64,000 nt of DNA from a virus. The stretch lies in the IMG/VR virus record IMGVR_UViG_3300020462_000003, positions 1-64,000 of that record; one strand, 5' to 3'. Position 1 is the first letter of the stretch. The number at the start of each line of letters is the position of its first letter. This document shows positions 8,214-17,541 of the stretch, in pieces. The notes beneath the pieces were generated by a model that saw only the letters and a program-made list of their open reading frames with translations, had not been told where the DNA came from and searched no databases. A program made the translations under genes and the position numbers.

Positions 8214-9458
8214 TCACACTTTAATAAGTCGTGGCTGTTCCGGCACATCGATAAGTCTGACTTCTTCCAACAGCACAACTGTGCGATCGGCAGGAGCTTT
8301 AGCTATATCGTTTACCTGAATGAAGCCGGTGGCAGTGCAAGTACCTTCAGAAGTACTCGACGCGAATTGAGTCTTGGTTGGAACTCCAGACACTACTGCT
8401 TCAGTGAGTGCCGGACTTCCTTGGATATCCAACTGCACAGTACTGACTTGCATACCCAGGTAGGCGTTAGCTGTACCAGACCTGTTGTAGCTTCCTTGTG
8501 CGTACCCACCTCCTGTTGCATAGGAGATGGAGTTGCCTTTCAGTGCCCAACGGTATTCAGCCAAGGCGTATGCAGTGGTCTTCCCTCCACCAACACCAGT
8601 CACACCTGTCTGAGTACCCAATGCAATACCACGGCCTTTGGCTGTGACATGAGCAAAACCCCGTACCCCTTTGGTATGGACAGGTTTGGCCGAGCTGGCT
8701 TGAGCCTTCGAGCTGACAGACTGGATCTGGTAAACCTGGGTATTGCTGATCCAGGCAGAAGCCATGGAGACAGCAGCCCCCATCAACTCGAATTCTCGGA
8801 TGCCTCCACGAGTGACCGCTGCGTCAACCAGGTGTGTTGCTTCAGCCAGCGCATCTGTGCCTGCACCACCGGAACGACGGCATTCACCCTCAGCATGACT
8901 GGAGGTATGCGCGTGTGCCCCGCCACCTGCAATCAGAATGCACTTGGCTTGTCCGAAGGCATTGGCTCTGCCATCGGTACGCCCTACGTGATAGGTAGTG
9001 CCGAACGCATCAGCACGCGCCCGTACAGGTTGGGTCTGGGCGTACTCGTAGACCTGCCCTTCACCTTCTGCCGAAGCGTATGCCCACATCAGTGTCTGTT
9101 TGACACGGGTACGCTTGCTGGCAAGACCGGAATAACTGAACAGGGCATCCCCCTGCCCTGCCAGGAAGAACTCAACCGAAGGCTTGGCAATGCCTTGGGC
9201 GATACCCTCTGCAGACACATAGCCTGAGAAGTCGCACTGGGCCGAACCCTGAGCCAGGCAACTAACAAGCGCTTGTGTTACAGGAATCAGTTGTTTGGTG
9301 GCTTGAACAACAGGCGTCGCATTCGCCTGCGTGTTACCTGCACCGTAGCGAGTGACTTCCGGAACGGCCACTGCGGTGGCGAGCACAGCTGCAAACCCTG
9401 TTGCCAGGATCTGCCCAGAAGTTGCACCACCAAAGAGTGACCGACCGAAGATCATCAT
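8214..9458 (-). CDS. Ala/Gly-rich virion (tail appendage) protein
   Basis: 414-aa ORF, A/G/T-rich, in the tail cluster. Confidence 0.6.
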   Translation of the reverse strand: MMIFGRSLFGGATSGQILATGFAAVLATAVAVPEVTRYGAGNTQANATPVVQATKQLIPVTQALVSCLAQGSAQCDFSGYVSAEGIAQGIAKPSVEFFLAGQGDALFSYSGLASKRTRVKQTLMWAYASAEGEGQVYEYAQTQPVRARADAFGTTYHVGRTDGRANAFGQAKCILIAGGGAHAHTSSHAEGECRRSGGAGTDALAEATHLVDAAVTRGGIREFELMGAAVSMASAWISNTQVYQIQSVSSKAQASSAKPVHTKGVRGFAHVTAKGRGIALGTQTGVTGVGGGKTTAYALAEYRWALKGNSISYATGGGYAQGSYNRSGTANAYLGMQVSTVQLDIQGSPALTEAVVSGVPTKTQFASSTSEGTCTATGFIQVNDIAKAPADRTVVLLEEVRLIDVPEQPRLIKV

Positions 9459-9464
9459 GCTGGG

Positions 9465-9869
9465 TTACGCCAGAGTGATGGTCAGGGAGCCAATCGGGAA
9501 CGACAGTACGTCAGTCGGATCGAGGGTCTTAGGGTTCAGCAGAGGTGCGTGATACAGCAGGTTGCCACTGTTCTGTGCATCGAAGATACCCCAGTGAGTG
9601 ATGACCTTCTGGGTATCAGCGATCGGTGGGAAGACCAGGTTTTTGGTGTTACTTGTCGATCCGTTGGACGGTGCTGTGAAACCATCGGACGACACGGTGG
9701 TGTGGGCACGTTGACGCAAGTAGGCACTGTCGACCAACTCAGCGCCTGTACCGGCATCCGTTGGATCAGCAGTAAAGAGAGCAACGAAAACACTGCCTCC
9801 GGTAAAAGTACCACCACGCAACGTGGCATTTACCAGAGCATTTTCGAGGTAATCAGAAAAGGCAGACAT
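9465..9869 (-). CDS. Minor tail protein
   Basis: MSAFSDYLEN...VALFTADP...THWGIFDA..SGNLL; GGAG RBS before ATG 9869. Confidence 0.7.
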   Translation of the reverse strand: MSAFSDYLENALVNATLRGGTFTGGSVFVALFTADPTDAGTGAELVDSAYLRQRAHTTVSSDGFTAPSNGSTSNTKNLVFPPIADTQKVITHWGIFDAQNSGNLLYHAPLLNPKTLDPTDVLSFPIGSLTITLA

Positions 9870-10014
9870 AGAGATCTCCAGCAACAATAAGGATGGCAAC
9901 TGTGAGCGCGGCCTAAGTGTTGCTGGAGATGAACTCTCTCAGTCTCTTAATCCACCCATACATGTTCGGGAGGAATCTATATTCCGAGGGGTACTAGGTC
10001 AAATTAGGTATCAC

Positions 10015-10833
10015 TTACATCACTTGAACCGCAAATACTTGAGGCCCGCCTGTTTGCTGCTCAAGCAAACGACCAATCTTGTCGGTTGCAATACCACCAT
10101 GTGTAGCAATACGGTCTACGTCCAACTTAACCAGCCCGCCAACCGCTGCTCGAATAGTGCCGTGTTGGGAGAATCCAAATCGAACCGATCCCCAAGCCAG
10201 GTTGAAGTTGCCTTGATAGACCTGAAACCCAGTCAAGTTGGACACCAGAAGACCGTGCTCTCCATCGAACCCGTAGTTCCAAGGAAGTGCGTACTCACGC
10301 CAGCCGTAAGAACCCCCTGTTGCTTGCCAGCCTTTAAGGTGTTCGCGTAAACGTAGAATCTTGGTGCCACTGTCGAAGGTAAGTTTGCCTTCTTCGTTGA
10401 ATACCCGGAGGCCCCACCGTTCATTGGAGGGGATCACCATATCCATACGCACCACAGCGTATTTCCATCCAATATGAGGAATGCCTTGATACTGCCCACC
10501 GTAAGGAAGATCAAACACATGTTTATACGCGATCTCGAACCCTGACCAGGCACCTGGACTACCGATAGGCTGGTAGGAATGAACAGCCCCTTGAGGGGAG
10601 TCAGGGATCATAACCACCAAGGGTGGCTCGATGGAATTGATTACCGAAGGGAAGTATGCCCGGATCAACATCCCGTAGTAGTAATCGTTGTAGACGTAGA
10701 ACCCCCTATTAGAGTTGTAGAACAGCCCCTCTGCATAGTGCATCGTGCCCCGTGCTACAACTGAAAGGGTCACATGTTGGTCATCTACAACAATCGACCC
10801 TTTGTCATTGTTGATCTGGAATCCGTAACTCAT
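10015..10833 (-). CDS. Tail tip protein
   Basis: Duplicated (Y/W)G.....G...(F)DS motif typical of genes following J-like proteins. Confidence 0.6.
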   Translation of the reverse strand: MSYGFQINNDKGSIVVDDQHVTLSVVARGTMHYAEGLFYNSNRGFYVYNDYYYGMLIRAYFPSVINSIEPPLVVMIPDSPQGAVHSYQPIGSPGAWSGFEIAYKHVFDLPYGGQYQGIPHIGWKYAVVRMDMVIPSNERWGLRVFNEEGKLTFDSGTKILRLREHLKGWQATGGSYGWREYALPWNYGFDGEHGLLVSNLTGFQVYQGNFNLAWGSVRFGFSQHGTIRAAVGGLVKLDVDRIATHGGIATDKIGRLLEQQTGGPQVFAVQVM

Positions 10834-11171
10834 GACAAGGCCACCAGGACAATATCGCAACTGCAGTCCATCAACCCTGGTCCTGTTTGCGATGAGGGAA
10901 TGGAGATAGGCTCCAGAACCAGATAGCCATCGTAAGGCGTCACAATAGGAGGGTTGTATCCACGGTGGCCTTCAGGACCTGAATGCCCGTAGCGTGTGCG
11001 CGCCTGGACAATGACAGCGTGATTGCTTCTGCATTTAGGAGCAGACACCCAAAGGGCTGAGTTCCGCATACCTGCGTACACCCTGACGATATCGATCACA
11101 CGCAGCGACAGGAACTCGGAATCGAATACCACCCCACCGTTTTCATTCCAGCATCGAATACCATAACTCAT
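10830..11171 (-). CDS. Tail tip protein
   Basis: MSYGIRCWNENGGVVFDS motif; ATGA overlaps at both ends. Confidence 0.6.
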   Translation of the reverse strand: MSYGIRCWNENGGVVFDSEFLSLRVIDIVRVYAGMRNSALWVSAPKCRSNHAVIVQARTRYGHSGPEGHRGYNPPIVTPYDGYLVLEPISIPSSQTGPGLMDCSCDIVLVALS

Positions 11172-12430
11172 GCCCATAGATCTCCGATTTGAACGCGCAG
11201 CCTGCCGCTGCCGTCATACACCTTGGTGGCATTATTGGTATCTACCTTTCGGCCACGACCTGGGGTTACACCGTTGTTCTCGAAGACCCCCGATCTATCC
11301 AACTTCCACCCTGAATAGCCTGGGGAGTAATTGCTTGACTGAATCGCCCCTGACACTTTGGCGAAGTCCAGCTCCAAATAGTCTGCTTTCAGTTTGCCGT
11401 CTTGCACCATGACGGAACCATCGTCTGCACGCAGCTTGGTAAACACCAGGCTCCGTACAACAGCCTGATCAATAAACACCTCATCGTCCTCAACGATGAA
11501 AGGTTTGACTCGATTCTTGGTACGACCTACCCAGAAGCGATCTACGTCGAAACCGGCTTCCACGGAAGTGCCGTCGTTGTACACACCGAAGCCACCAATC
11601 AGACCATTTACGTCGACTTGTGCGGTGTACAGAGCACCGATCTCCTTGACCGTACCGTTCACCGTTTCGATCTTGGTCTCAAAACGCTGCTGCACTGAGG
11701 CAATCTCATCGCCTAGCTGGCTCTGAGCTGTGGTGATCTGCTGGGCCAATGCCCCGTCTCGATTAATACGAGTAGCAGTCTCTTCCTGCACGGCTGCAGA
11801 TACGTTGTTGCTATGAGCCTGGACCGTATTGATTGCGGTAACCAGGGACTCTTCAGCCGTAGCCCTGGCCACTACCTCTTCCTGCAGCAATGCACGGGAG
11901 TGCTCAGTGAAGGCCACCACCTCGTTGTAGGCGACACCTAAGGCGTCGTCATACTCAGCCAACATCCGCAGCTCTTTATCAATCTCCAACTTATTGGTCT
12001 GGATCATCCCGATCTCAGTCTTCAAGGATTGAGCCAGGACACCTGAATCAATCTGATCCGTCAGCAGCTCTAACATCTGGGTGATGGTGGGCCTGGCTGT
12101 AGCAGAGGCCGGGCCAATCATTGGACCTATCGTGCCATTCACGGAGACGATCTGAATCCAGTAGTAATACTTGATCAGTGTTGCCGTGGTGGTCCGATCG
12201 TAGAAGTAGTTACCTGCGACGATCTTGTGACGTACAGCAGAACTCTCAGCAGGTGCTGTACTTCGATAGACAATCACATGTGCAACTGCATGGGGATTGA
12301 TTGCAGGATAGGTCCACTCAACATCAATCCCCCCGAATGCCGAAGTAGCAGTCAGGATTGAGTTATTATCCGGGTCCCCCGGCTTGGGGAAGTTCCCTCC
12401 CCCAGTTCCACATACCCATCCTTCAGACAT
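11168..12430 (-). CDS. Host-specificity J-like / DUF1983 tail protein
   Basis: FnIII-like N-terminus, coiled coil, YTAQVDVNGLIGGFG, IQSSNYSPG.SGW.LD, G.LRVQIG. Confidence 0.75.
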   Translation of the reverse strand: MSEGWVCGTGGGNFPKPGDPDNNSILTATSAFGGIDVEWTYPAINPHAVAHVIVYRSTAPAESSAVRHKIVAGNYFYDRTTTATLIKYYYWIQIVSVNGTIGPMIGPASATARPTITQMLELLTDQIDSGVLAQSLKTEIGMIQTNKLEIDKELRMLAEYDDALGVAYNEVVAFTEHSRALLQEEVVARATAEESLVTAINTVQAHSNNVSAAVQEETATRINRDGALAQQITTAQSQLGDEIASVQQRFETKIETVNGTVKEIGALYTAQVDVNGLIGGFGVYNDGTSVEAGFDVDRFWVGRTKNRVKPFIVEDDEVFIDQAVVRSLVFTKLRADDGSVMVQDGKLKADYLELDFAKVSGAIQSSNYSPGYSGWKLDRSGVFENNGVTPGRGRKVDTNNATKVYDGSGRLRVQIGDLWA

Positions 12431-12508
12431 GAGAAGTGCCCTACCAAAGATTCAGTTGGGCCTTACTATACGCAACTCCCCTCCACACTACCCAAACAGA
12501 GAAGCAAC

Positions 12509-13153
12509 ATGAAAGCCGATTACATTACCCACATGGGTGACGACCTGTTGGTTGTCAATTCCGCTCGCGTATCGTTCTCGAAAGAGTCGGACTTCGATAT
12601 CGACGGAAACCTGGATTCCCGTGATCAAAAGTTGATTACTTACCTTGCTGCTCACGGACACTGGACACCCTTTAGCCATCCACAAATCACCCTGCGTGAA
12701 ACAGTCCCGATCTTCGTGGCCCGTCAGCGTTTCAAGCACATGGTAGGATTCACTTACAACGAAGTGTCTCGTCGCTACGTGGATGACACTCCAGCCTTCT
12801 ATGTGCCTGAAGTCTGGCGTAGCCGTCCTGAAGGCAGCATGAAGCAGGGGAGCGGTGAAGCCCACAAAGATCAAGGCTTCTACACCAAAGCGTACTCGGA
12901 ACTCATGGACTCGCTACGCGAGTGCTACGAATCCATGATTAAAGATGGTATTGCGCCGGAACAAGCCCGCATGGTTTTGCCGCAATCCATGATGACCAGT
13001 TATTACGTAACTGGCTCTCTCGCAGCCTGGGCACGCGCGTATAAGCAACGCATGGATGCACACGCTCAAGTTGAAATTCAGGACCTGGCCAAACAGTGGG
13101 GAAATGTACTTGAACCCCTGTTCCCAATTTCATGGAAGGCATTGACTCAGTAA
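12509..13153 (+). CDS. thyX: Flavin-dependent thymidylate synthase
   Basis: VNSARVS, HWTPF, PIFVARQ..KH...NEVSRRY, EQARMVLP, HAQ.EI. Confidence 0.95.
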   Translation: MKADYITHMGDDLLVVNSARVSFSKESDFDIDGNLDSRDQKLITYLAAHGHWTPFSHPQITLRETVPIFVARQRFKHMVGFTYNEVSRRYVDDTPAFYVPEVWRSRPEGSMKQGSGEAHKDQGFYTKAYSELMDSLRECYESMIKDGIAPEQARMVLPQSMMTSYYVTGSLAAWARAYKQRMDAHAQVEIQDLAKQWGNVLEPLFPISWKALTQ

Positions 13154-13199
13154 CTAGCGTAAGTGTTCTAATACACTCGCTGTAACTCTCCTCACCTTT

Positions 13200-13244
13200 A
13201 AGCCAGTGCCCTGAACTTTTCCTGCAGGGCATTGGCTTCTTTTT
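13200..13244 (+). terminator. Intrinsic terminator after thyX
   Basis: AAGCCAGTGCCCTG...CAGGGCATTGGCTT followed by a T-run. Confidence 0.75.
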
Positions 13245-13266
13245 ATCCGCTCTACGAGGTTCCTAT

Positions 13267-14298
13267 ATGTCTTTGGACATTATTCCGCCTGCGTTGAGCC
13301 AAATTGAATCCCCAACCGATTCATACGTGGCTCGCTATCCGTGGGCAGCAGAGTTTGCTGTCGAACAACAATCCATCTTCTGGCCTGCTGAAGAGTTGGG
13401 TGTTGATGAAGACGAAGATGACTTCCGTACCAAACTTACCGACGGTGAGTTGCACGGTGTTCTTTTCGCCCAATCAATCCTCACTCAGTACGAGCTGATG
13501 ATCGGTGGCGAGGAACTATGGGGTGGCAAGATCGCCCGCATGTTCCCACGTCCCGAGATCCAGCGGATGTGTGCCTGTTTTGCCCACGTCGAGCTGGGTA
13601 GCCATGCACCCTTCTACGACCTGGCAAACAAGGTGCTGGGCCGTGCCACCGACGACTTCTACCGTCAGTGGAAGAGCGACCCGATCCTGGCTGAGCGCAT
13701 CGCCTTCATCAGCCAATGTGCTGGTAGTGCCAATCCGTTGGAAGTCACTGCAGCCCTCGCCTTCCTCGAAGGTGCCGTGCTGTTCAGCGTCTTTGGTTAC
13801 TTCAAGGGTTTCAATGCCCGTGGCCACAACATGATCCCGCACTTCGTGTCCGGTATCGATGGGAGTGCCAAGGACGAGAACTTCCACTCGATCGCCTCTG
13901 CTCGCCTGTTCAACCAGTGCCGTGCAGAACGCATGGAGCTGGGTAACCACACCCCTGCTCACGACGAAGCGTTGAACCAGGTCATCGACCGGATGAGCCA
14001 GACCGTCTACGAGCATGAGCTGCGGATCATCGACCGTATGTTCGAAGTGCCGGGCAACCGCGTGGTGGCTCAGGACGAGCTGGTGCATTTCCTCAAGGAC
14101 CGCATCGACGTGGTGCGTAACCGTCTGGGCCGTCCTGCCCAGTTCGACCTGAAGAAAGGCGAGATCTCCAACTGGTTCTACCAGCAGCTTTCCACCGTGA
14201 AGGTGCCTGACTTCTTCGCAGCAACCCAACTGCAGTACACCCGCAACTGGGCCAAGCACAAACTCACCTTCCGTAAGGAGCTGGCTCATGGCGTTTGA
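13267..14298 (+). CDS. nrdB: Ribonucleotide reductase class I beta subunit
   Basis: Ferritin-like ligands QYE, ELGSH...Y, FLEG, DENFH; C-terminal DFF......Y. Confidence 0.9.
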   Translation: MSLDIIPPALSQIESPTDSYVARYPWAAEFAVEQQSIFWPAEELGVDEDEDDFRTKLTDGELHGVLFAQSILTQYELMIGGEELWGGKIARMFPRPEIQRMCACFAHVELGSHAPFYDLANKVLGRATDDFYRQWKSDPILAERIAFISQCAGSANPLEVTAALAFLEGAVLFSVFGYFKGFNARGHNMIPHFVSGIDGSAKDENFHSIASARLFNQCRAERMELGNHTPAHDEALNQVIDRMSQTVYEHELRIIDRMFEVPGNRVVAQDELVHFLKDRIDVVRNRLGRPAQFDLKKGEISNWFYQQLSTVKVPDFFAATQLQYTRNWAKHKLTFRKELAHGV

Positions 14299-16015
14299 TC
14301 CCACTGGTCTGGATGAACAGACCCTGCAGAAATTCGAACAGCTGAGCGTCGAGCGTAAGCGCCTTCAGGAGATGGGCCACCTGCCGAGCTGGTACACCAC
14401 GCAAGGCTGGCAAATGTTCAAGAAGAAGTACGCCGTTCCGGAAGAACTGGCTGTACTAGGCCGCCATCGGCGTATTGCCTACACCCTGGCTCGACACATG
14501 AAAGGCCGTGAGGTGGAGTGGGAAGAGAAGTTCTTCCACGAGATGTGGGATGGCATCCTCAGCCCCTCCAGCCCTGCCCTGGCCAACACGGGAACCGATC
14601 GAGGCATGATGGTCGCCTGCTCTGGGCAAGTGGTCAGCGACAGCGTAAACGGCTTCTACACCGCCTTGCGTGAGACTGCGCTGCTGTCCAAGTGGGGCTT
14701 TGGCACCAGTGCCGACTTCAGCGGTATCCGGGGTCGGGGCATGCCGATCAGCAAAGGCGGTGAAGCCAGTGGTGCCGTGGAGGTCATCAATGACTTCTTC
14801 ACGGCAGCGGGCAAGATCAGCCAGGGGGGTGCTCGCCGGGGTTCCATTGGGGCCTACCTGGATATCGAGCACAGCGATTGGGATGAGGCCTGCGATTCGC
14901 TGGCTGCTGAACCCAACGGGAAGAATTATGGCTGGATCATCCGTGATTCGTTCGTGGACAAGCTCGACGCAGGCGACAAGGATGCCAACCGTCGCTGGAC
15001 CAAGGCGCTCTACACCAAGCTGATCACCGGCAAGGGGTACATCTTCTGCCCTGATAAGGCCAACCGCCACCGTCCGCAGATGTACAAGGACCGGGGCTTG
15101 GATATCAAAGCCACCAACCTGTGCTCGGAGATCATGCTGCACAGCTCCGACGACCTGACCTATAGCTGCATCCTGGCTTCATTGAACCTGGTGCATTGGG
15201 ACCGCATCAAGAACAGTGAGTCGGTGTTCATCGCAACGGTGTTCCTGGATTGCCTGTGTCAGGAATTCATCGAGAAGAGTGCCGGTATTCCAGGTCTGGA
15301 GAAGGTCCGTGCGTTCACGATCAAGGGCCGAGCCATCGGTCTGGGTATCATGGGCTTCCACACCTACCTGCAGTCGCAGAACATTCCGTACGTGGGTCTT
15401 GAAGCACAGTTCCTCTCCACCGAGATCGCCAAGCACCTGCATGACGAATCCCTTCGGGCAAGCCAGTGGCTGGCACAGGAGTACGGCGAGCCTGAATGGT
15501 GCAAGGGTTACGGTGTCCGCAACACACATCGCACAGCCTACGCACCGACCAAGACCACCAGCCTGCTGATGGGGGGCGTCAGTGAATCCTGGTTCCCAGA
15601 CCCTGGCATGGTGTTTGATGCGGGTTCATCTGTGGGCGAGCTTCGCCGGATTCCCCCGGTGTTCTACGAGCTGATGAAAGCCCGAGGCGTCTACAGCGAA
15701 GAGACCGTACAGGACATCATCGATCACCTCGGTTCTGTTCAGCATGTTGACTGGCTGGGTGACCCTGAAAAGCTGGTGTATCTCAATGCCTTCGAGATGG
15801 ACCAGCACATCCTGCTGCGTCACTGCTCTCAACGTCAGAAGTGGACTTGCCAAGGTCAGAGCCTGAACTTCTACGTACCGGAAGACGGCAGCGAGGATCT
15901 GATTGCTGAGCTGATGACCCTGGTGCTGCTCGACGAGAACATCCTGTCTCAGTACTACATCTACTCGCGCAGCGGTGTGGTCGTGAAGGATGAATGCGTG
16001 GCCTGCTCAGCGTGA
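14288..16015 (+). CDS. nrdA: Ribonucleotide reductase class I alpha subunit (short, no ATP cone)
   Basis: QGGARRG, NLCSEI, APT.T, YY and C-terminal CVAC. Confidence 0.95.
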   Translation: MAFDPTGLDEQTLQKFEQLSVERKRLQEMGHLPSWYTTQGWQMFKKKYAVPEELAVLGRHRRIAYTLARHMKGREVEWEEKFFHEMWDGILSPSSPALANTGTDRGMMVACSGQVVSDSVNGFYTALRETALLSKWGFGTSADFSGIRGRGMPISKGGEASGAVEVINDFFTAAGKISQGGARRGSIGAYLDIEHSDWDEACDSLAAEPNGKNYGWIIRDSFVDKLDAGDKDANRRWTKALYTKLITGKGYIFCPDKANRHRPQMYKDRGLDIKATNLCSEIMLHSSDDLTYSCILASLNLVHWDRIKNSESVFIATVFLDCLCQEFIEKSAGIPGLEKVRAFTIKGRAIGLGIMGFHTYLQSQNIPYVGLEAQFLSTEIAKHLHDESLRASQWLAQEYGEPEWCKGYGVRNTHRTAYAPTKTTSLLMGGVSESWFPDPGMVFDAGSSVGELRRIPPVFYELMKARGVYSEETVQDIIDHLGSVQHVDWLGDPEKLVYLNAFEMDQHILLRHCSQRQKWTCQGQSLNFYVPEDGSEDLIAELMTLVLLDENILSQYYIYSRSGVVVKDECVACSA

Positions 16016-16084
16016 CAGACGCCCTCACGGGCGTTCGGTGACGAACCAGTAGAAGAGGTTCAGTTATGACTTCAAGGAAGAACA

Positions 16085-16366
16085 GGTCACTGCATCGGAG
16101 CGCAGCACAAGGCGAGCCTGCGAGCCGACAGTGCGGAGGCGACGTTGCAGTGACCATTCATCGGTAGTGGCAGTAAGCCACCCTACAGTTGATCCAGATC
16201 AAGCAGATTCAGTGACCCCGTTCACTAGAATGCGCGCCCTCTGCTGTACGGGACTTTGAATAAGTCCTTTCGCTTGTACAACTTTCCAATCCTCGACTCG
16301 AACCTCCGCACTGGCGGCGCACTCGCTGCGCTCGACGCCTTGTGCTGCGTTCGCGCCTCGGATTGG
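16085..16366. repeat. Pair of inverted ssi/PAS-like hairpin elements (candidate origin)
   Basis: CGCAGCACAAGGCG...CAGTGCGGAGG at 16101-16139 (+) and 16303-16349 (-), each closed by its own stem. Confidence 0.6.
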
Positions 16367-16434
16367 TGAGGGTTTTTGTGGGGGATCGAGCCTGTGTCTG
16401 GCCTGCCGAAGGCACAGGGGAGATCCCCTTTATA

Positions 16435-16449
16435 TATGCGTCGTTTTCG
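16435..16449 (+). promoter_or_regulatory. 15-mer TATGCGTCGTTTTCG, copy 1
   Basis: Identical copy at 52801-52815; both intergenic and just after a hairpin plus T/A-run. Confidence 0.55.
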
Positions 16450-16459
16450 AGAGGTCATC

Positions 16460-16912
16460 TTGGACGCCTACACCAGCACGTACCCGATCGATGAAATGCC
16501 CTTGCTCATGGCTCGCTTAGGCAAGGCAAGAACCGATCGGATTCGCTACAGCTCCAGCTACACACACCCCCGTCCACCCTCCCCCCGTAACACGGCCAAC
16601 CCGTTGCTGAGCTTCATGCAACGCTACAAGGCCTACGACGGCAGTCAGGTGGACGACATTATCTTGGGCATCGCCAGGCTGGATCACCACAGCAAGGCGG
16701 GGAAGCACTCCATACCCCTGAGTGTGACCCGGCTCTACAACATCCTGCAGTGCATGGATGTGATCAATACCCAGGAGATCCGCTACATGCTTGGCGTGGA
16801 TACTCGGCAGGCACAGAAGTACCTGAAGGCTATCAAGTTGTGCCTGTTTCATATTCAAAAGCACATCGACAAACAACAATACCAGACCTCGCCAGACGAG
16901 CCACTGGAATAA
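16460..16912 (+). CDS. Putative DNA-binding protein with C-terminal HTH
   Basis: INTQEIRYMLGVDTRQAQKYLKAI is HTH-like; GAGAGG RBS before TTG 16460. Confidence 0.6.
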   Translation: MDAYTSTYPIDEMPLLMARLGKARTDRIRYSSSYTHPRPPSPRNTANPLLSFMQRYKAYDGSQVDDIILGIARLDHHSKAGKHSIPLSVTRLYNILQCMDVINTQEIRYMLGVDTRQAQKYLKAIKLCLFHIQKHIDKQQYQTSPDEPLE

Positions 16913-16962
16913 ACCAACACTTGAAATAAACTGCATGGACGCAATAACCCCAGGAAGTAACC

Positions 16963-17289
16963 ATGCACGACCTGCAGCACTGCAAGAGTATCGGCTGTTC
17001 CATGAGTTGGCGCAGCGAAGAACTCAACGACTACTGTCCAAGTTGCCGAGATAAGAACGCTGTTCCGAACTTCGGTCACTTGCACAGTATCGACAACCAT
17101 CGTGTGAACCACCTCTTCAAGATCAACCATCCCTGTTTGCAGGAAGCAGTCAGCTACCTACTGGAATCAGGTAAGGCTACGGATGAGTGGCAAGAAGAGT
17201 TGGTGGACAATGCCTTGAAGGCGTTGAACCGCTGGCAGGAAATGATTCAAGAAGACAAACAAGGAGCTGCCATCCTGGCAGTCGAATGA
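16963..17289 (+). CDS. Hypothetical protein with Cys cluster
   Basis: ORF with AGGA RBS; CxxxxC...CxxC. Confidence 0.6.
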   Translation: MHDLQHCKSIGCSMSWRSEELNDYCPSCRDKNAVPNFGHLHSIDNHRVNHLFKINHPCLQEAVSYLLESGKATDEWQEELVDNALKALNRWQEMIQEDKQGAAILAVE

Positions 17290-17504
17290 CCATGCTCAAC
17301 TTACTGCTTTTGCTGGTTCCTCGGTTTACGACTCGGTATTACATCCACCGTATTTCTCGTGGGAGTAGTAAGCCTAGTAAGTTGACCTTGCTGTATTGCA
17401 ACTCTCCGAAGTTTATTCAACCCGGTGACCTGGTTCACAAGGTGAGTTACTTCAACCTCTTTGGTTTCCCGAAGTTCATCAACGTTACGGTGACCCGCCA
17501 CTGA
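17286..17504 (+). CDS. Hypothetical protein
   Basis: ATGA overlap with previous ORF. Confidence 0.45.
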   Translation: MTMLNLLLLLVPRFTTRYYIHRISRGSSKPSKLTLLYCNSPKFIQPGDLVHKVSYFNLFGFPKFINVTVTRH

Positions 17505-17541
17505 GTCTGGTGTGTGGGTCGCCTTCATTGAAGGTAGTCCC

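Noticed and set aside
16404-16414. TGCCGAAGGCA as a leftward vRNAP promoter
   Set aside because: It has a C-GAA-G loop but no GG at the conserved distance, and lies inside a larger terminator-like stem.
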